A stretch of 64,000 nucleotides of DNA, taken from the human T2T-CHM13v2.0 reference genome, Homo sapiens. The notes under the pieces were generated by a model. It had not been told where the DNA came from. It worked only from the letters and a program-made list of their open reading frames with translations, and did no database searches. The stretch lies in the NCBI RefSeq assembly GCF_009914755.1, contig NC_060926.1. One strand, 5' to 3'. Positions 27,702 to 41,790 of this stretch are shown one piece after another. The position numbers were made by a program, and so were the translations under genes. Position 1 is the stretch's first letter; the number at the start of each line of letters is the position of its first letter.

Positions 27702-29795
27702 GAAACATAAGGCTTTTTACAACTTGTCTTTGCATGTTTATATTCAACTACTCCCCATCCCTGCATTCTGTGGTCTAATCATGTCTTATTAGGGTGAATA
27801 TTGTTTTATTAGGTTTCATGTCTTATTATGTTGAATCTTCGTGTCTAATTTAGGTTGAAGCCTTGCTCTGGGACACCCTTTTCCCCAACTCTTCATCTTG
27901 GCAAAATTTTTATACTGGAGAAACCACCTATTCTTTGTATTCCTGTGGGATGTTGGTCATATCGTTTGTATATCACAACATTATATTATAGGTAATAGTC
28001 CAAGATGTATTCTCACTTGAAGCTCCTTGAGGGTAAAGATTCTTTATTTGTGTTTAGCTACAAATCTTGATTATCTTATTTGTATGCTACTCATGATTGT
28101 TTTGAATTAAAATAAGTTAGTTATGGATTCATGGTTTTTGATATGGTAGCCATTTGAAAATCTATATTAAAGTATACAAGTTTACGATTAAAAATAATCT
28201 TCATATATTTATATCAGAAATCTTATAATGTTGATGTCAGTGAAGGACATGGAAAAGCACTATGTTAGTCTGAATGCAACTCACTAGCATCTGTGTATCC
28301 TTTTTCCCCAAAGGATTTTTTTTTGGTTATGTGATCACATTTGTAAACAAAATGCTTCAAAACTGCTTCAAAAATGGTTCAGGTGACTCCTAGTTTAATT
28401 GACTAATCCATATTGTATAGTATTAATTGCTTTTAATCTAAAGTAATGGATGTAATTTCATTCTTAAGAGTCTCTTTGGATATCTACAATAATAGTATAA
28501 AAGATACTAAATACATATCATTGAAATCCATGTGTGGTTAAGGTTTATACTCACACACATACACACTCATACATGGTATTTGAAAAATAGTTTGACTTGT
28601 TTAACATCCATGTTTAAATACTGAAACTGCATTACAATTTTAGCTTGGTACTTTTTTTTCATTTTGTGTTCTAGGAGGAGCTTCAACATTGGATTATGAT
28701 TATATTTTAACATATTCATTATTGTTAATGAATCTTCCTTCATTTGTAATTTATCTGTATATAATATTTGTTGAAAGTGGGTTTATATCTGGGCCTGAAG
28801 ATCAGGAAGTTTAGATTGTTGGAGCAAGATATAAAATTAATTCAAGAGCAGAGAACTCAATGTTGACAGTTTCCAAAATCTTAAAGTTCAAATGCAGCGA
28901 GGATGAGAAATGTAACTCCTTATCCTGCTAAGAAGCTGGATGTGCTGGAAGCAGGTGTGGGTTCCAGAAGGCTGCCGTGCCCATATTGTGGGTGGGGATC
29001 TCTACCCGTGAAGTGAGCGTGGGGCTTTAACGGAGACTGGATCACTTATGTTCTACCTATAAATACATGGAAGACTTGGCATACCTGGTTGGTCCATAAA
29101 AGTCTTTTCAATTAACATACCATTTTGTAGTCAGCGAATTGGTGAAACTAACAAATAGTTATTGTTAATTCTGATGTTTGATAAGAGTGTTTGAAATTAA
29201 TATCTAAACATTGCAAACCAGGTCTTCCTCCTGGTGATCTGGGGACATCTTGAGATTAAGAGTCCTCCAGGGTAAAAAGCAGAAATGACAGCCCTTTCCT
29301 AGACTTTATTGATTTCCCTGTGTGCGGCACCTGTCACAACTTTTCTACTTATAAACTTACTCTTCAAAAAATAGTTAACAGTGATTCTTTATAGCTTCTT
29401 TTCATTCTTATTTCTAATTGACTGAAATATTCATATTTGAGGAATTATGCTTGATCTTAGTAAAGAGTATCAGTTAGCTGAAGTTTGTCTATATCTTAAA
29501 ATGAGGCCAGTCAAATCCATATTTTTTCTCAAGGAATTTTGGTGAAAGCCACTATTCTCTTCTAGGCTGATGAAATGTGAAAGAGAAGCTCAGCTTTAGC
29601 CACCATTCAGTTATTCAATTACATGCTACTGTTAAACATATTTTAATATTTATAGTTATATGCCTCATTTTTAAAAACTTCCTATTATTGAGCACTTCTT
29701 ATGTGAGACACTGCTAAGCAAGCATATTACCTGTTAGATCTTTGATTCCTCCTTAACAACCTTATGAGATTTATTTAATAAGTCCCACTTTCTAG

Positions 29796-30132
<337 letters not shown>

Positions 30133-32603
30133 TAAGCTTTTTGCCTATAGCTAGTTAGTATTGGAGCCATAATTTGAGTATAAGTAAGTCTGGTTCTAAT
30201 ACTTGTGCTTCTAAATATTGTGCAGTACTCTGATTGTTCGTTCTGGGTTTCCTGATGGGATACTATGTGCACTAGGGAGTGGTAAGCTTATCAATTCATT
30301 TCATGGAAGCTGCTAGATACCTTTAGCATGACAATGACCTTTGCTCTGCACTGACCTTATTTGAATTTGAATGTTAAACTAGAGGAGGTTTCCTGTCTCA
30401 TAACTAATCCCTTGGGCCAGTCTTCTTTACAGATTTAAAAAATAAAATTTCATTTAGATCCTAGAGCAATAGTTTTGAAGTGTTTTACATTCACCAGGGT
30501 TGAAATAATCATTCTAAAAGGATTTATTAAATGGGTAAGTAAAATTCCAACAACAGTTTCTGAGCCTCCCCAAATGGCTATATCCTTAAGAAAAAAAAGT
30601 GTCAAATCTTAACACTCCATGCTATTCACAGCAGCTGCCACACTTCTGCAAAATGCGTCGGAACAATTCTGAAAAGCATTTTGCCTGTTGGGAATAAGAC
30701 CATGTCTTCTTTTACAATTTAGAAAGCTTTCCATTCACAGGCTGAATTTTCTAGATTACTTGTTTGTTCTTTTCTGAAATGGGTAATTGATAGTTCTGCG
30801 TTTCATATTGAGTTAGGAAGAAAAATGATCTTTTGAAAAATGTATCATTAAGTCTGCTGTGTAGAGGTTAATCAGAAGGATGCAGTGACAAAACTAAGCT
30901 ATGACTTAACAGGATTGAGAGAGACAGAAGATTTGCTGAGTGCTTTATCCATGTAGTTTTTCCTGGAGTACTTCTTTAGGCAGCTTCTCTACTTGTACAC
31001 AGGTTTTCACATAGGCAATTAGTAGTGTTTATAGATTGCCTGTTATTCAATTAACAACTGAGCTGGCCATATCAACTCACTGCAGACCTGCCTTTTCATT
31101 GCCAGAGATTGTACCAGGGTTATCAACTTACACAGGCTTGGATGTCTTCCAGCTGTTTAATTATAGTGTCACACGCTTTGCTTTTTCTAGTTTCATTAGT
31201 TTATAAATGTAATATGGTATCTTATTTCTGTGATTAACACTTCATTTCAGCAGGTTAAACATGCTGGTAGAGAAGTATTGATTTCTGACACTATTTCCCC
31301 TGTGTTCATTTAGATATTTTCACATGCCTTTTATTGATTGTTTTTTGAAAGTGGCAAACATGAAAAAAAAACCCCCAAAACATATGCCTAAATAACTAAT
31401 GTGAAGCTAAACCGCACATTTACCTCTTAATTGTCACTTCCTGTGGGCTTTATTTTCTACTAATTTTTAAAACAAACACTTATCTTGCCAAGTATGAGTA
31501 AAAATATGAATTATAGTTTGAAATAATCACATCATACTTAATTTTTTCAATTAGCCGTGAAAATTGTCTGTTCAACTTTTCTATTTATATTTTACCCTTT
31601 ACATATTACATTACTAAAATCTGAATGAGTTATTTTTTGGGAATGTAATACAAATGATTCTTAAACATGATGGTAAGAGTATTTTACTTTAATATTGCCA
31701 AGTACTTTTATAGTTGTCACTTAAAAAATTAACTGGGTGCCCTCTAGGTGAGCCAGTCTAGTAAGTGGTCTTTAATGATGGATTTTTCTCAACTTTATTT
31801 AATAGTAGTTTTTTTCTTTCATCTTGTTTTATTTAAAGCATTCATGTAATTTGGAAGGGAATATCCAGTTGTTCAATATATAGTCACTAGAAACCTACAT
31901 GAAGCCTAGCATATTATCTCAGAGGCCCAAGCGTTCTTGCTTTGGTTTTGGTAATACCAGCTCTTATAGTTTGATATAAAAAGTTTAGAGAATGCTTTAA
32001 TATTCCACTTAATATTTACTGATAACTGTATATGACCCTTTACTAGATACAGTATTTGGGGTATTGAAAAATATTATAATTGACACTGCTGGAGACTTTC
32101 AGCATGGTGAGAAAGAGATGAAGCAATAATGAAATTTTGTTAAGCTATCCTGGCAGTATGAGAACTAGAAAAAATTTGAGCTGTAAAGCATAGAGGCCAT
32201 GAGTTATGTTATTTTCTTCACATGTTATACCATGGACAGTTAAAGTGGGTGATGGTCATTTATTAATCTTGACTGTAACCTGTATGGTAAAACTGGTTTC
32301 TGGGTGAGAACTTGAGGGTGGAAGTACTTAATTGAATGAAAATATGTTTCATTTGTTTGAATTTATGAAATTAGCAAGAGAGGAGGAAAGCTTGAAATGG
32401 TACATATTGACATGAGTGACAATAAAGTGTTTAGGAGCTATTACAGCAGATTTTATTTTATTCTCATGAGCAAAGGAAGTGCAGTCCAATTTCAGTGAAA
32501 GGATGCTCCGTTGGAGATGTAGGCAAGGTGGCCAGTAGAAATAACTAGCTTAATCTACCAGACAAGTCTGAGATCTACTGCTTGGAGGCTTTTTACTGTA
32601 GAG

Positions 32604-32816
32604 CTGCTCTGTGCTATATGATAGCCATCAGCCACTTGTAGTTATTTAAATTTAAATTAGTTACAATTAACTGAAATTTGAAATTCAGTTGCTCAGTCAG
32701 GTGAACCACATTTCAAGCGCTTAATAACCACATGCTACTAATGGCTAGCGAATTGGATCGTGGAGCTATGTACAGAATGTCTCCATCTCTGCAGTAAAGT
32801 CCATGGGACAGTGCTG
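32604..32816 (-). mobile_element. MER3-like hAT-Charlie DNA transposon (MITE)
   Basis: tagccatcagccacttgtagttatttaaatttaaatt...aaattcagttgctcagtca...ccacatttcaagcgcttaataaccacatg...ggacagtgctg matches the reverse complement of the recalled MER3 consensus. Confidence 0.8.
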
Positions 32817-34989
32817 ATCTTGAGAATCTAGAGGTGTTTAAATATACACTTAGAGAAAGACATACTAAATTTAATAGAATCGTTGAATTTGGGTTTTTTT
32901 GTTTGTTAAGTAAAATAGAGAAATTCATTATCTTGTAAAACAAGAACTCCAGACACAACAAGCCTCAAGAGGTGATTAATGATTTGTCAGGGTCTAAGAT
33001 ATATTACTCTTATTTATCTTCACTCTGCCATCCTCCAAGGTGGTTTCATCCTAAGGTTGTTTCCCCTGTGGTTACCTCATGGCTGCAACAGCAGCATGCA
33101 GAATTTATAGATATCCCAATGATACTTTATTCAGACTAGCATCTACTACCTTGAATCTTTCTTGAAAAAACTTTCGTTAGGGTTTAACAATGTACAAAAT
33201 TTCCACTGTGGGTAAATACGTGATATGGAGAGGAACCTGTTAGCTTCGTCAGTTGCTGTCTTTTATTCAAGAAGTTGGAATTAATGTCTCACATGTTTAG
33301 CTGTGCTGTGCCCCTTAGACATGGATTATACCCAAGGTCCTGAGGAGTCATTACTGAATGAGTGGTGAGGAGGTATAAGCTCTTAATACTTCAGTGGCAA
33401 ATAGAGTTTTGAATCATCCATAAAAACCATTACATCTCAAGGTTGGGAGGGGAACTGTTGTAGATAACCTGATCCAACCACCTTCTGGTCTAATACTGTA
33501 CAAATCCTGTAGGCCATAAAGACTAATTCATATTTTAAATAAGGAAATTTGATCATCCTTAAATGTATTATTTTTAATAAATTTATTCCCAACATTCAAC
33601 TGATATAATTCTCAGGCTAAAAAGCTGAATCCTAAGATGTCAAGCAAAGTAAATTAAAGTTCTTAACACATTATGAACCCTTTGTGACTCGGAATCTTTT
33701 CTTAACTCTTTTTTATTTTTGACTATCAACTCCAGGAGTATTAAAAATGGTATCAATATAGATAATGTTTTACATAGTGTTCCTGGATGAATGAAAAACT
33801 TGAATGTTTCAGTTTCAGACAATACAATTTCATAGATGTGCTTTTCTGCCTGTTATAACAGAAAAGGTAAGGCATTTGCCACAGATTATTTGCATATGCC
33901 TCAAATTTACTCGCAAAGCCTAATTTTCCATCAAATAACTTTAAAATTAGTCAGAGAGCTTCAAGAGTTGGAACCAAATTCCTGATCAGTGTGGCTACCT
34001 AAGGAATTTCACAGACACTAGAGGGACTGTGGGGTGACCACAATGACGTTGTAAGCGGGTTTGCTAACTTTTATTTTTATCTCAGAGGGTGATGTGAACT
34101 CTAATGGAAAATAGTGGTAATTTCCTAGTTAGGTTTTTGGTAACGATTAAAACACTTTTTACAACTTGTTTTGAGGTTTTATATGACTGGTAAAATTGTG
34201 TAAAGCAGGAATTAATCCCCATTCCACAGAAGCCATCCAGATTAAATCTATTTAAGAGAATGCACACATCAGAGGGGGCAGAGCTAGAGATGGAATCCCA
34301 GCATTGAGATCCTGTATTGTCTCCAGTTAGTAAGACTGAGAAGGCTTAGGCTTTCCTCGCCAGTTAATTATGTTGGTATTTCAGTTACAGTGTTTGGATT
34401 ATGGGTTTGATTAAACATCCTGTAGAGGTGATGGGTATCTACTCTTTCAGATTATAGTTATGTCAAGAGTGTAGCCTTTAAGAATCTATAGTAAAATATG
34501 CCAGATTAACTTGAGTTGAATTTATTTTTAGCAGAAACCTATTATTCATTTTAGATCAAGATGGAGAAATTATCTGTCATCCAACATAGCTTGTTTTGCT
34601 TATACTTGGTAAGGCATGGTTTTGTTTTATTTTGTTTTGCTTCAGTAAGAACTGTTCCAATCATTTCAAGGAGTCTTTGTGACTTTTTACACAAAGAGTC
34701 TGCTAGATATATACCTAACTACTTTTCAAGTGGTGTTGTATATAAATATACAGGATGTTTACTGTACAAAGGCACATGACCAAGGGTTGAGTGGAAACTG
34801 AAATCCAGCCCTGCCCTCTGCTCACAAAACTGTGATCCCTGAATGGGATTTATGGATTTGAACTAAAACATGGACATGGTATGGGCTAATAAAGGTCCTG
34901 ATACTTCCATATTCTATGTAAAATATTTCCTTAACCCTTTCGTAATTTGAGACTTGAATTATATCAGTTTATCCTTTTATCTTGATTTT

Positions 34990-36221
34990 TAGATTATGGT
35001 TAAATATGCAGAACATAAAATTTACCATTTTAACCATTTTTAAGTGTACAGTTCTGTGGCATTACGTACATTCACATTGTCATGCAACCATCACCACCTT
35101 CCATCTCCAGAACATTTTTGTCTTCCTCAACTGAAATTCTGTAACCATTCAATAGTAACTCTTATTCCCCCTCTCCCAACCCCTTGGCAACTACCATTCT
35201 ACTTTCTGCTCCTATGAGTTTGAGTACGCCAAGTACCTCATAGAAGTGCAATTGTACAATATTTGTCCTCTTGTGACTGGATTATTTATTTAGCACAATG
35301 TCTTCAAGGTTCATCCATGTTGCATGTGTCAGAATTTTCTTCCTTTTTAAGGCTAGATAATAGTTCGTTGTAAGTGTATGTTACATTTTGTTTATTCATC
35401 TGTTGATGGACACTTGGTTTGCTTCTACCTTTTGGCTATTGTTAGTAATGCTATGAACAAGGTTGTAAAACTTTTCTCTGCTCCATTTCTTTGGAGTATA
35501 TACCCAGAAGTGTAATTGCTAGATCTTATGGTAATTCTAAATGTTTAATTTTTGAGGAATCGCCATACATTTTTGATAGTAGCTGCACCATTTTACCTTC
35601 TAACCAGCAGTGTACAGGGGGTTCAGTTTCTCCACATCTTCACCAGTATTTGTTATTTTCTGTTTCGTTTTGTTTTTGTTTGATAATATCCATTTTAATG
35701 GGTGTGAAGTGGTATCTCATTGTGGTTTTCATTTGCATTTCCCGAATCATTAGTGATGTTTACTATCTTTTAATGTGCTTATTGAGCATTTGTATATCTT
35801 TTTTGGAGAAATATTTATTGAAGTCTTTCATTTTTTAATTCAAGTTGTTTGCTTTTTGTTGTTGCATTTTAGGAATTTCTCATATGTTCTGCATATATGA
35901 TATATTCTTATCAGTATATGATTTACCGGTATTTTCTCTATTCTATGAGGTACCTTTTCATTCTGTTAATAGTGTCTTTTTAATGTTGATGAAGTGTGTT
36001 TTATCTATTTTTTTCTTTTGTTGCCTGTGCTTTTGATGTCACATCCAAGAAACTATTGACAAATCTAGTGTCATAAAGCTCTTCTTATATGTTTTCTTCT
36101 GAGTTTTATAGTTTTAGCTCTTATGTTTAGGCCTTTGATGCATTATGAGTAAATTTTTGTATACGATATAAGATAAGGGTCCACCTTCATTCTTTCACAT
36201 GTGGAGATCCAGTTTTCCCAT
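34990..36221 (-). mobile_element. L1 3' end (L1MA/L1MB-like), 5' truncated
   Basis: aacataaaatttaccattttaaccatttttaagtgtacagttctgtggcatt...gggtgtgaagtggtatctcattgtggtttt...cagttttccca. Confidence 0.9.
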
Positions 36222-36864
36222 TATCTTGAAGTTTTCAAGACTATATACAGTCAATTTTTTATCAGTATGGGTAATTGCTGGGAGTATGATGAAGAAGGAG
36301 GGCACACATGACCCCAAGTCACAGTTGAAGCAAAATTATACTCATGTTTCTGTTATCCAGCGATGGATTAGCTGATTTACCACAATAAATGCAGCAGGAC
36401 CAGGTAGGCATTATTTTCCCAGTAGTCTATATCATCAGGCAACTTTCAGTCTGGTGCCCATAGTCAGCTCCCATAGCTAAGCCATTCCTGAAGCTGGTCT
36501 ACATGAAGAAGGGCAGATTCCGAAAATTCTGCCCTAGGGTCTTGCCCTTGTACCTGATAGATGAGAACCATAGCTCACCTTCTCTCTTAAGTCATTTTTA
36601 GATTAGTAATGAGTGCTGTTCAACAGCTGTCTAATTCTAATGAAAACTTAATCAGCCTGGATATAGTTGGGCATTGTATTTTGACAGAGATAGTAAAGAT
36701 ATTTTCATGGCATCTTGAGTATTGAAAGAACTTCCATATAATATAATTCAAGTATAATGTACCTACTGGGAGAAGCCAGTATACCTGTTTCTGTGTCAGT
36801 GCTAAAAATAATGGAATGAGAAAAGAAAAAAGGCAGAGTATGGAAGTTGTCAGAAGTTGAGAGA

Positions 36865-37120
36865 CAGTACAATTTAAGAGGTAAGAATATGGACCTTAAA
36901 CTCAGAAGGAAGAAGGTTCTGATGCTGTTTTACCATATATAAGATATTTGCCTTGGCCAGGTTTGTTGCCCAGCTTGGTTTGTTAAATGTTTGCATTCAT
37001 CTGTTTTCTGATCTGTATGGTGAGAATAATAATAACCAATGCTATAGGGCTTTGTGAGATTAAATGAGATGTCTATGTCAAGTGTTTGCACAGTGGTAGG
37101 CCTGCTGTAAACACTCAGGA
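36865..37120 (+). mobile_element. MIR
   Basis: ctgttttctgatctgtatggtgagaataataata...gggctttgtgagattaaatgagat. Confidence 0.65.
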
Positions 37121-37611
37121 AGAGGGTGGTATTGATGAGGGGAGAAAATATAATATCCTGTTACAGGTTTGTTTAATTTAATAAGGATCTTTGTCTTCCC
37201 TGAGAAGAGATAGGAAGATGTATTCTAGAAGGAAATTTAACAATTCATGCATCGTTAGCATTGGTTTTGATTGTTTCTGCTTTTTTTTCTTTCTTGTTTT
37301 TCTAACTGCTCCAGGTTGCTTCAGCTGGAAGGTTGCTAACATTTGCCTCTTTTGCTTCCTCTGTGGTATCAATGTCAGTGATTTCCAAAGTTCTTTACTT
37401 TTTCATGGAAATTATCTTTGTAACAGAATAATTCTTTATGAGTTTTTCTTGTACCTATCCACAAACTTAGTTCTCATCTTTAGGCTTTCTCTCCTTTTTA
37501 AAGTGCACACATGTGTATTCCTGTCACCGAACTCTTTTTATTAACTGTTTAATATTTTTATCAAAATATTTTTGAGCAATGTTCATAACCCTTGGCATTG
37601 ATTCCTACCAG

Positions 37612-37746
37612 TGAGAAGAGGGGATGTCCTGGCAGCATGGAGTGGAATCCGTCCTCTTGTTACAGACCCCAAATCTGCAGATACTCAGTCTATCTCCCGA
37701 AATCATGTTGTTGATATCAGTGAGAGTGGCCTTATTACTATAGCAG
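37612..37746 (+). CDS. GPD2: GPD2 coding exon (exon 10), 135 nt, phase 1-1
   Basis: cctaccag|TGAGAA acceptor and GCAG|gtatga donor. Encodes RRGDVLAAWSGIRPLVTDPKSADTQSISRNHVVDISESGLITIA (conserved GIRPL motif). Confidence 0.97.
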
Positions 37747-37766
37747 GTATGAGATACTACCTTGTT

Positions 37767-37915
37767 ATTTTCTTTTCTTTTTTTTTTTTTTTTGTTATAG
37801 GGACAGGGTCTCACCATGTTGCCCAGGAGGGTCTTGAACTCCTGGACTAAGGTGATTCTCCCACCTCAGCCTCCCAAAGTGTTGGGATTACAGGCATGAG
37901 CCACTACACCTGGCC
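37767..37915 (-). mobile_element. Alu left monomer (FLAM-like)
   Basis: Poly-T followed by a single monomer, gacagggtctcaccatgttgcccagg...gagccactacacctggcc. Confidence 0.9.
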
Positions 37916-38149
37916 TTCTGTCTTGTAATTTGGATGTGCTTTAGATATAAGTTTGACTTAAATTGTCCTGCCAGAATCTCTTTTAACTTTATTGAACAAG
38001 CATTTTTTTTATTCTGAATTAAGTTTTACACAATCCCATGTTTGTTACAAACAACAGGAAAATTTTGTTATTGGTAAGTTGATAAATGGTTAATTATAAG
38101 AAAAATAAGGGGTGGCAACCTGATGAATTGTCTATCAATTTCTTTATAG

Positions 38150-38325
38150 GTGGAAAGTGGACAACTTATCGGTCTATGGCAGAAGATACCATAAATGCTG
38201 CTGTCAAAACTCATAATTTAAAAGCAGGACCAAGTAGAACAGTTGGGCTTTTCCTTCAAGGGGGTAAAGATTGGAGCCCCACACTCTACATTAGGCTTGT
38301 GCAGGATTATGGACTTGAAAGCGAG
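38150..38325 (+). CDS. GPD2: GPD2 coding exon (exon 11), 176 nt, phase 1-0
   Basis: tttatag|GTGGAA acceptor and GAG|gtgagt donor. Encodes GKWTTYRSMAEDTINAAVKTHNLKAGPSRTVGLFLQGGKDWSPTLYIRLVQDYGLESE (GGKWTTYR motif). Confidence 0.97.
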
Positions 38326-38873
38326 GTGAGTGTGCATTGCCACATCATCTTACTCTTTACCTAATCTCTCACTGCTGCCAGTGACAGAACTGGCAGCAAT
38401 CAGGTCTCCCTGATTGAGATTTCCTTTTGCTGAATACATTTCTGCCAGTCTGTTATGGAAGGAAAAAAAGATGATCTTGCTTTGCTTTACTTGCCCAACA
38501 AGCAATGTACACTTTATGAAATGTATTTTATTAAAAAGTGGAGTTTATTTGGTTTGTTTCTAGTGTATAGGGCATCCCAAATTCTGTCTCAGGCATGAAG
38601 AAGGCTGTTCTTCAGAAGTGGTATCAGGAGCAAAATGAAGCTGAAGCTTCATCAGTCATTGATGCAGTGATACATGTGTAAGAGAGTTAGTGCTGGCCTA
38701 AGCATTCGAAGCCCAAGTGGTTTCCTTCCACAAAATCAAAATATAATACTCTCCGAGAGCTATTAGTTACAGGCTGTAAGAAAACTGACAAGATAAGCAT
38801 GTGTGCTTTTTGCTTTGTGCCTAGAAGCTATTGATATTCAAAGTGCCTGCCTAACGCAGCTTTATTTCTCTAG

Positions 38874-39005
38874 GTGGCACAGCATCTTGCCGCCACCTAT
38901 GGTGATAAGGCCTTTGAGGTGGCCAAAATGGCAAGTGTGACTGGCAAAAGGTGGCCTATTGTTGGAGTACGTCTTGTGTCAGAATTTCCATATATTGAAG
39001 CAGAG
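38874..39005 (+). CDS. GPD2: GPD2 coding exon (exon 12), 132 nt, phase 0-0
   Basis: tttctctag|GTGGCA acceptor and GAG|gtatgt donor. Encodes VAQHLAATYGDKAFEVAKMASVTGKRWPIVGVRLVSEFPYIEAE. Confidence 0.97.
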
Positions 39006-39920
39006 GTATGTGAATGGTCACATAGGAATTTCATGTCTGCCATGGGATACCATTTATCTGTTCATTTGTCATCTTTAAAAATTATATGTAGCTAAGTTTT
39101 AATGCACATATGTCAGCTAAAACCAGGACTACTATGTCTTTCCAATATAGATCCTTTTATTTATAAAATTTTAATCTTAATTCTGAAGTGATATTGATAG
39201 TGGTAATAATAACAACATAAAATATAGGTTTCTTTTTTCTCCATCAAACTGTCCCTAAACGTGTTAATTCACAGTTGTCCCTTTTGTGCATTTGCAGCTC
39301 TTTAAGTTTGTACCACTCATGTCCTACCTACATATCTTGTGACAGTTTCTCAAAGGTTTAGGTCTTGTTTCCCATCAAGCTCTCCAGTTTTGTGAAATCA
39401 GAGACCAGGCTTTGTATTTATTTGTAATTCACTGTGCCTTAAAATATCGATGTCCAGTGAACATTTACTTGTTGATTGAATTCAGGATTCCTATATTCTG
39501 GTTACTCTAAGACAAAAAACTATACAGACTAAAGAGGTGAGATCATAACTTTTTGACACTCGTCCTTTTCCTAGTCAGCTATGTAAATTAAAATCCACAT
39601 TATGTATAAGCATAGAGAGGTAAGTGATGACTGTGGATGGTTAATGAGAAGTGATGCAATTTGCATGTTTATGCCAGGTTCTATTCAGGAAAAAGGCATT
39701 AACTCTTGTCCAATTTTTGCCATTTTCCAAACCTCCTTTGGCAGGCAGATGGAAAACTTGTGTGATGCCACTATTTGTCTCATGCCTGCTGGAGGACCAG
39801 AGAGTATAAAGAAAAATATTACCTTTGTGAAGCACACATTTATTTTTTTTAAGTGAAGCTTTATTTCCCATTTTCTAAAGAAGAGTCTCAACTAATAATT
39901 TTTCTTTAATTCAAACTCAG

Positions 39921-40079
39921 GTGAAATATGGGATTAAGGAGTATGCCTGCACTGCTGTGGATATGATTTCACGTCGTACTCGCCTGGCCTTTCTAAATGT
40001 CCAGGCAGCAGAGGAAGCCCTACCCAGGATTGTTGAACTGATGGGCAGGGAACTGAATTGGGATGATTATAAGAAGCAG
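39921..40079 (+). CDS. GPD2: GPD2 coding exon (exon 13), 159 nt, phase 0-0
   Basis: aactcag|GTGAAA acceptor and CAG|gtatta donor. Encodes VKYGIKEYACTAVDMISRRTRLAFLNVQAAEEALPRIVELMGRELNWDDYKKQ (RRTRL motif). Confidence 0.97.
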
Positions 40080-40527
40080 GTATTATATAGAAGTCTTTAA
40101 AACCACAATTCCTATTGTAAACGCGGAATGGCTTAATTTGTTAGTAGAAGCTAGCGTAGTTTTTGATGATAACCTTAGATTTCTTACCAGTTTTTCTTTG
40201 TGTGTGTTTAATATTGTTAGGCCTTAGGAAAATGGAAAGATATTCCATTTAAATTTAGTTGTTTATGGAAAATCTCTTGTAGAAAATGCTCATAAATTTG
40301 TGGTCATAATTCCTGAAAAAGAAAGATAATAATGATTGTAGTATGGAACCTTTTCTGGTTTTCATTGAAAACACTCTTGGAACATAATCAGTGAAATGCA
40401 AACTCCTGCTAGTGTGCCTTTGGTAAGAAATGTGGTTTTTCTGCCTGAGCACTAAATGCTTATCATTTGTGTCATTTGAGATTTTATATTTATATTCCAA
40501 ATTTTAAAAGCTGGTGATGCTCAGATG

Positions 40528-40590
40528 CATACACACACACACGCACAACACATACATACATACATATACACGCACACAAACACACATACA
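40528..40590. repeat. Imperfect (CA)n microsatellite
   Basis: catacacacacacacgcacaacacatacataca... Confidence 0.85.
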
Positions 40591-40719
40591 GGGTTAGGCT
40601 AAGTAGATCATTATGTTTTTTAATTAACCCAAACTCTTGTGATATGCAGAGGGTAATGAAGCATTTTTCTATATTCATAAAATACTTTCTGTATTCATTG
40701 GGTTCTGTTCCTTTCTCCC

Positions 40720-41590
40720 AGGATCTCTTGAACCCATTTCATTTAGGCACTTTTGCCACCACTTTGCTGCATTAGCTCTGGTCAATCTCACCAGTAACCT
40801 CCATGTTACTCAATAAATTTGTTAACTTGCAGTCCTTGTTTTACTTGGCCAATTAGCAGCATTTGACACAATTGATTCCCCCTTCCTTCTTGAACAATAT
40901 TTTGCTTTCTGGAACACCACCTCTCTTGGATCTCCTTTTACCTTCCCAAAACTACTACTCCTATAGACTTTTCCATGTCATAAATAGCTATCCTTCAGTT
41001 ACTCAAGCCTAAACATTAGTATCATACTTTATGCATTCTCTTATACCCTATCTAAATCCATCAGCAAATCATACCATATTTATGTTTAAATAACTGAATT
41101 CAACCCTTTCATTTAAAAAATTATTTTATTTTTAATTTTTTTTTAACAAACACTTGTGTTGAAGTGAATTCAACCGTTTCTTAACACATCCAACTTCCAT
41201 CACCCTGATTCAGGTCACCGGTATCTGTCACATGGATTACCGCAATAGCTTCCCTCCCCTTAACTGGTGTCCCTTCTTTAACAACTTCAGAGTTCAGTTT
41301 ATTAATACAAATCCAGATCATTGGATATGTCTGTGTGAAATTCAAAGGGAAGGCTTGGGCTAGAGATATAAATTTGAGTTGATATTTAAGCCATCAGACT
41401 GGATGAGATTATATAGGGAGTTAATGTAGTCAGATGATGAAAACAGTCCAAAGGCCAAGCACTGGAGCACACCAAAGTTTAGAAGCATAGGATATAAGGA
41501 AGAATCCAGGAAAAAGAGAAAATAATAGCTAGTGAGGCTAGAGGAGGTGTAAGAAGATGCAAGAGGGAGTTTTGACCTAGAAGGTAAGAC
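40720..41590. mobile_element. L2 fragments in both orientations
   Basis: gcagcatttgacacaattgat...cccttccttcttgaa and aaatccatcagcaaatc on one strand; gggctagagatataaatttgag...ggatgagatt on the other. Confidence 0.65.
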
Positions 41591-41592
41591 AG

Positions 41593-41790
41593 TATATCTT
41601 AGTTCATTTGGGCTGCTATAACAGAAATACCATAGACTGGGTGGCTTAAACAACAAACATTTATTTCTCATGGTTCTGGAGGCTGGGAAGTCCAAGATCA
41701 AGGCATCAGTAGATTTGGGATCTGGTGGGGGCCTGTGTCCTAGTTTATAGACAAACATTGTATTGCTGTGTTCTCACATAGCATGAGTGA
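41593..41790. mobile_element. MaLR LTR fragment (MLT1A/B or MST-like)
   Basis: tcttagttcatttgggctgctataacagaaataccatagactgggtggcttaaacaacaaacatttatttctca...ttctggaggctgggaagtccaagatcaagg. Confidence 0.85.

Noticed and set aside
28881-28960. Possible cassette exon (aaatgcag|CGAGG...AAGCAG|gtgtgg)
   Set aside because: No polypyrimidine tract and a weak donor; cannot be supported from sequence.
35491-36036. Hydrophobic ORFs resembling membrane proteins
   Set aside because: Antisense reading of the L1 3' region; T-rich composition artefact.
41360-41758. Longest non-GPD2 ORF (132 aa, minus strand)
   Set aside because: Spans MaLR LTR and L2 fragments; LILDFPASRT..NKCLLFKPPSLWYF is a typical MaLR-derived translation.
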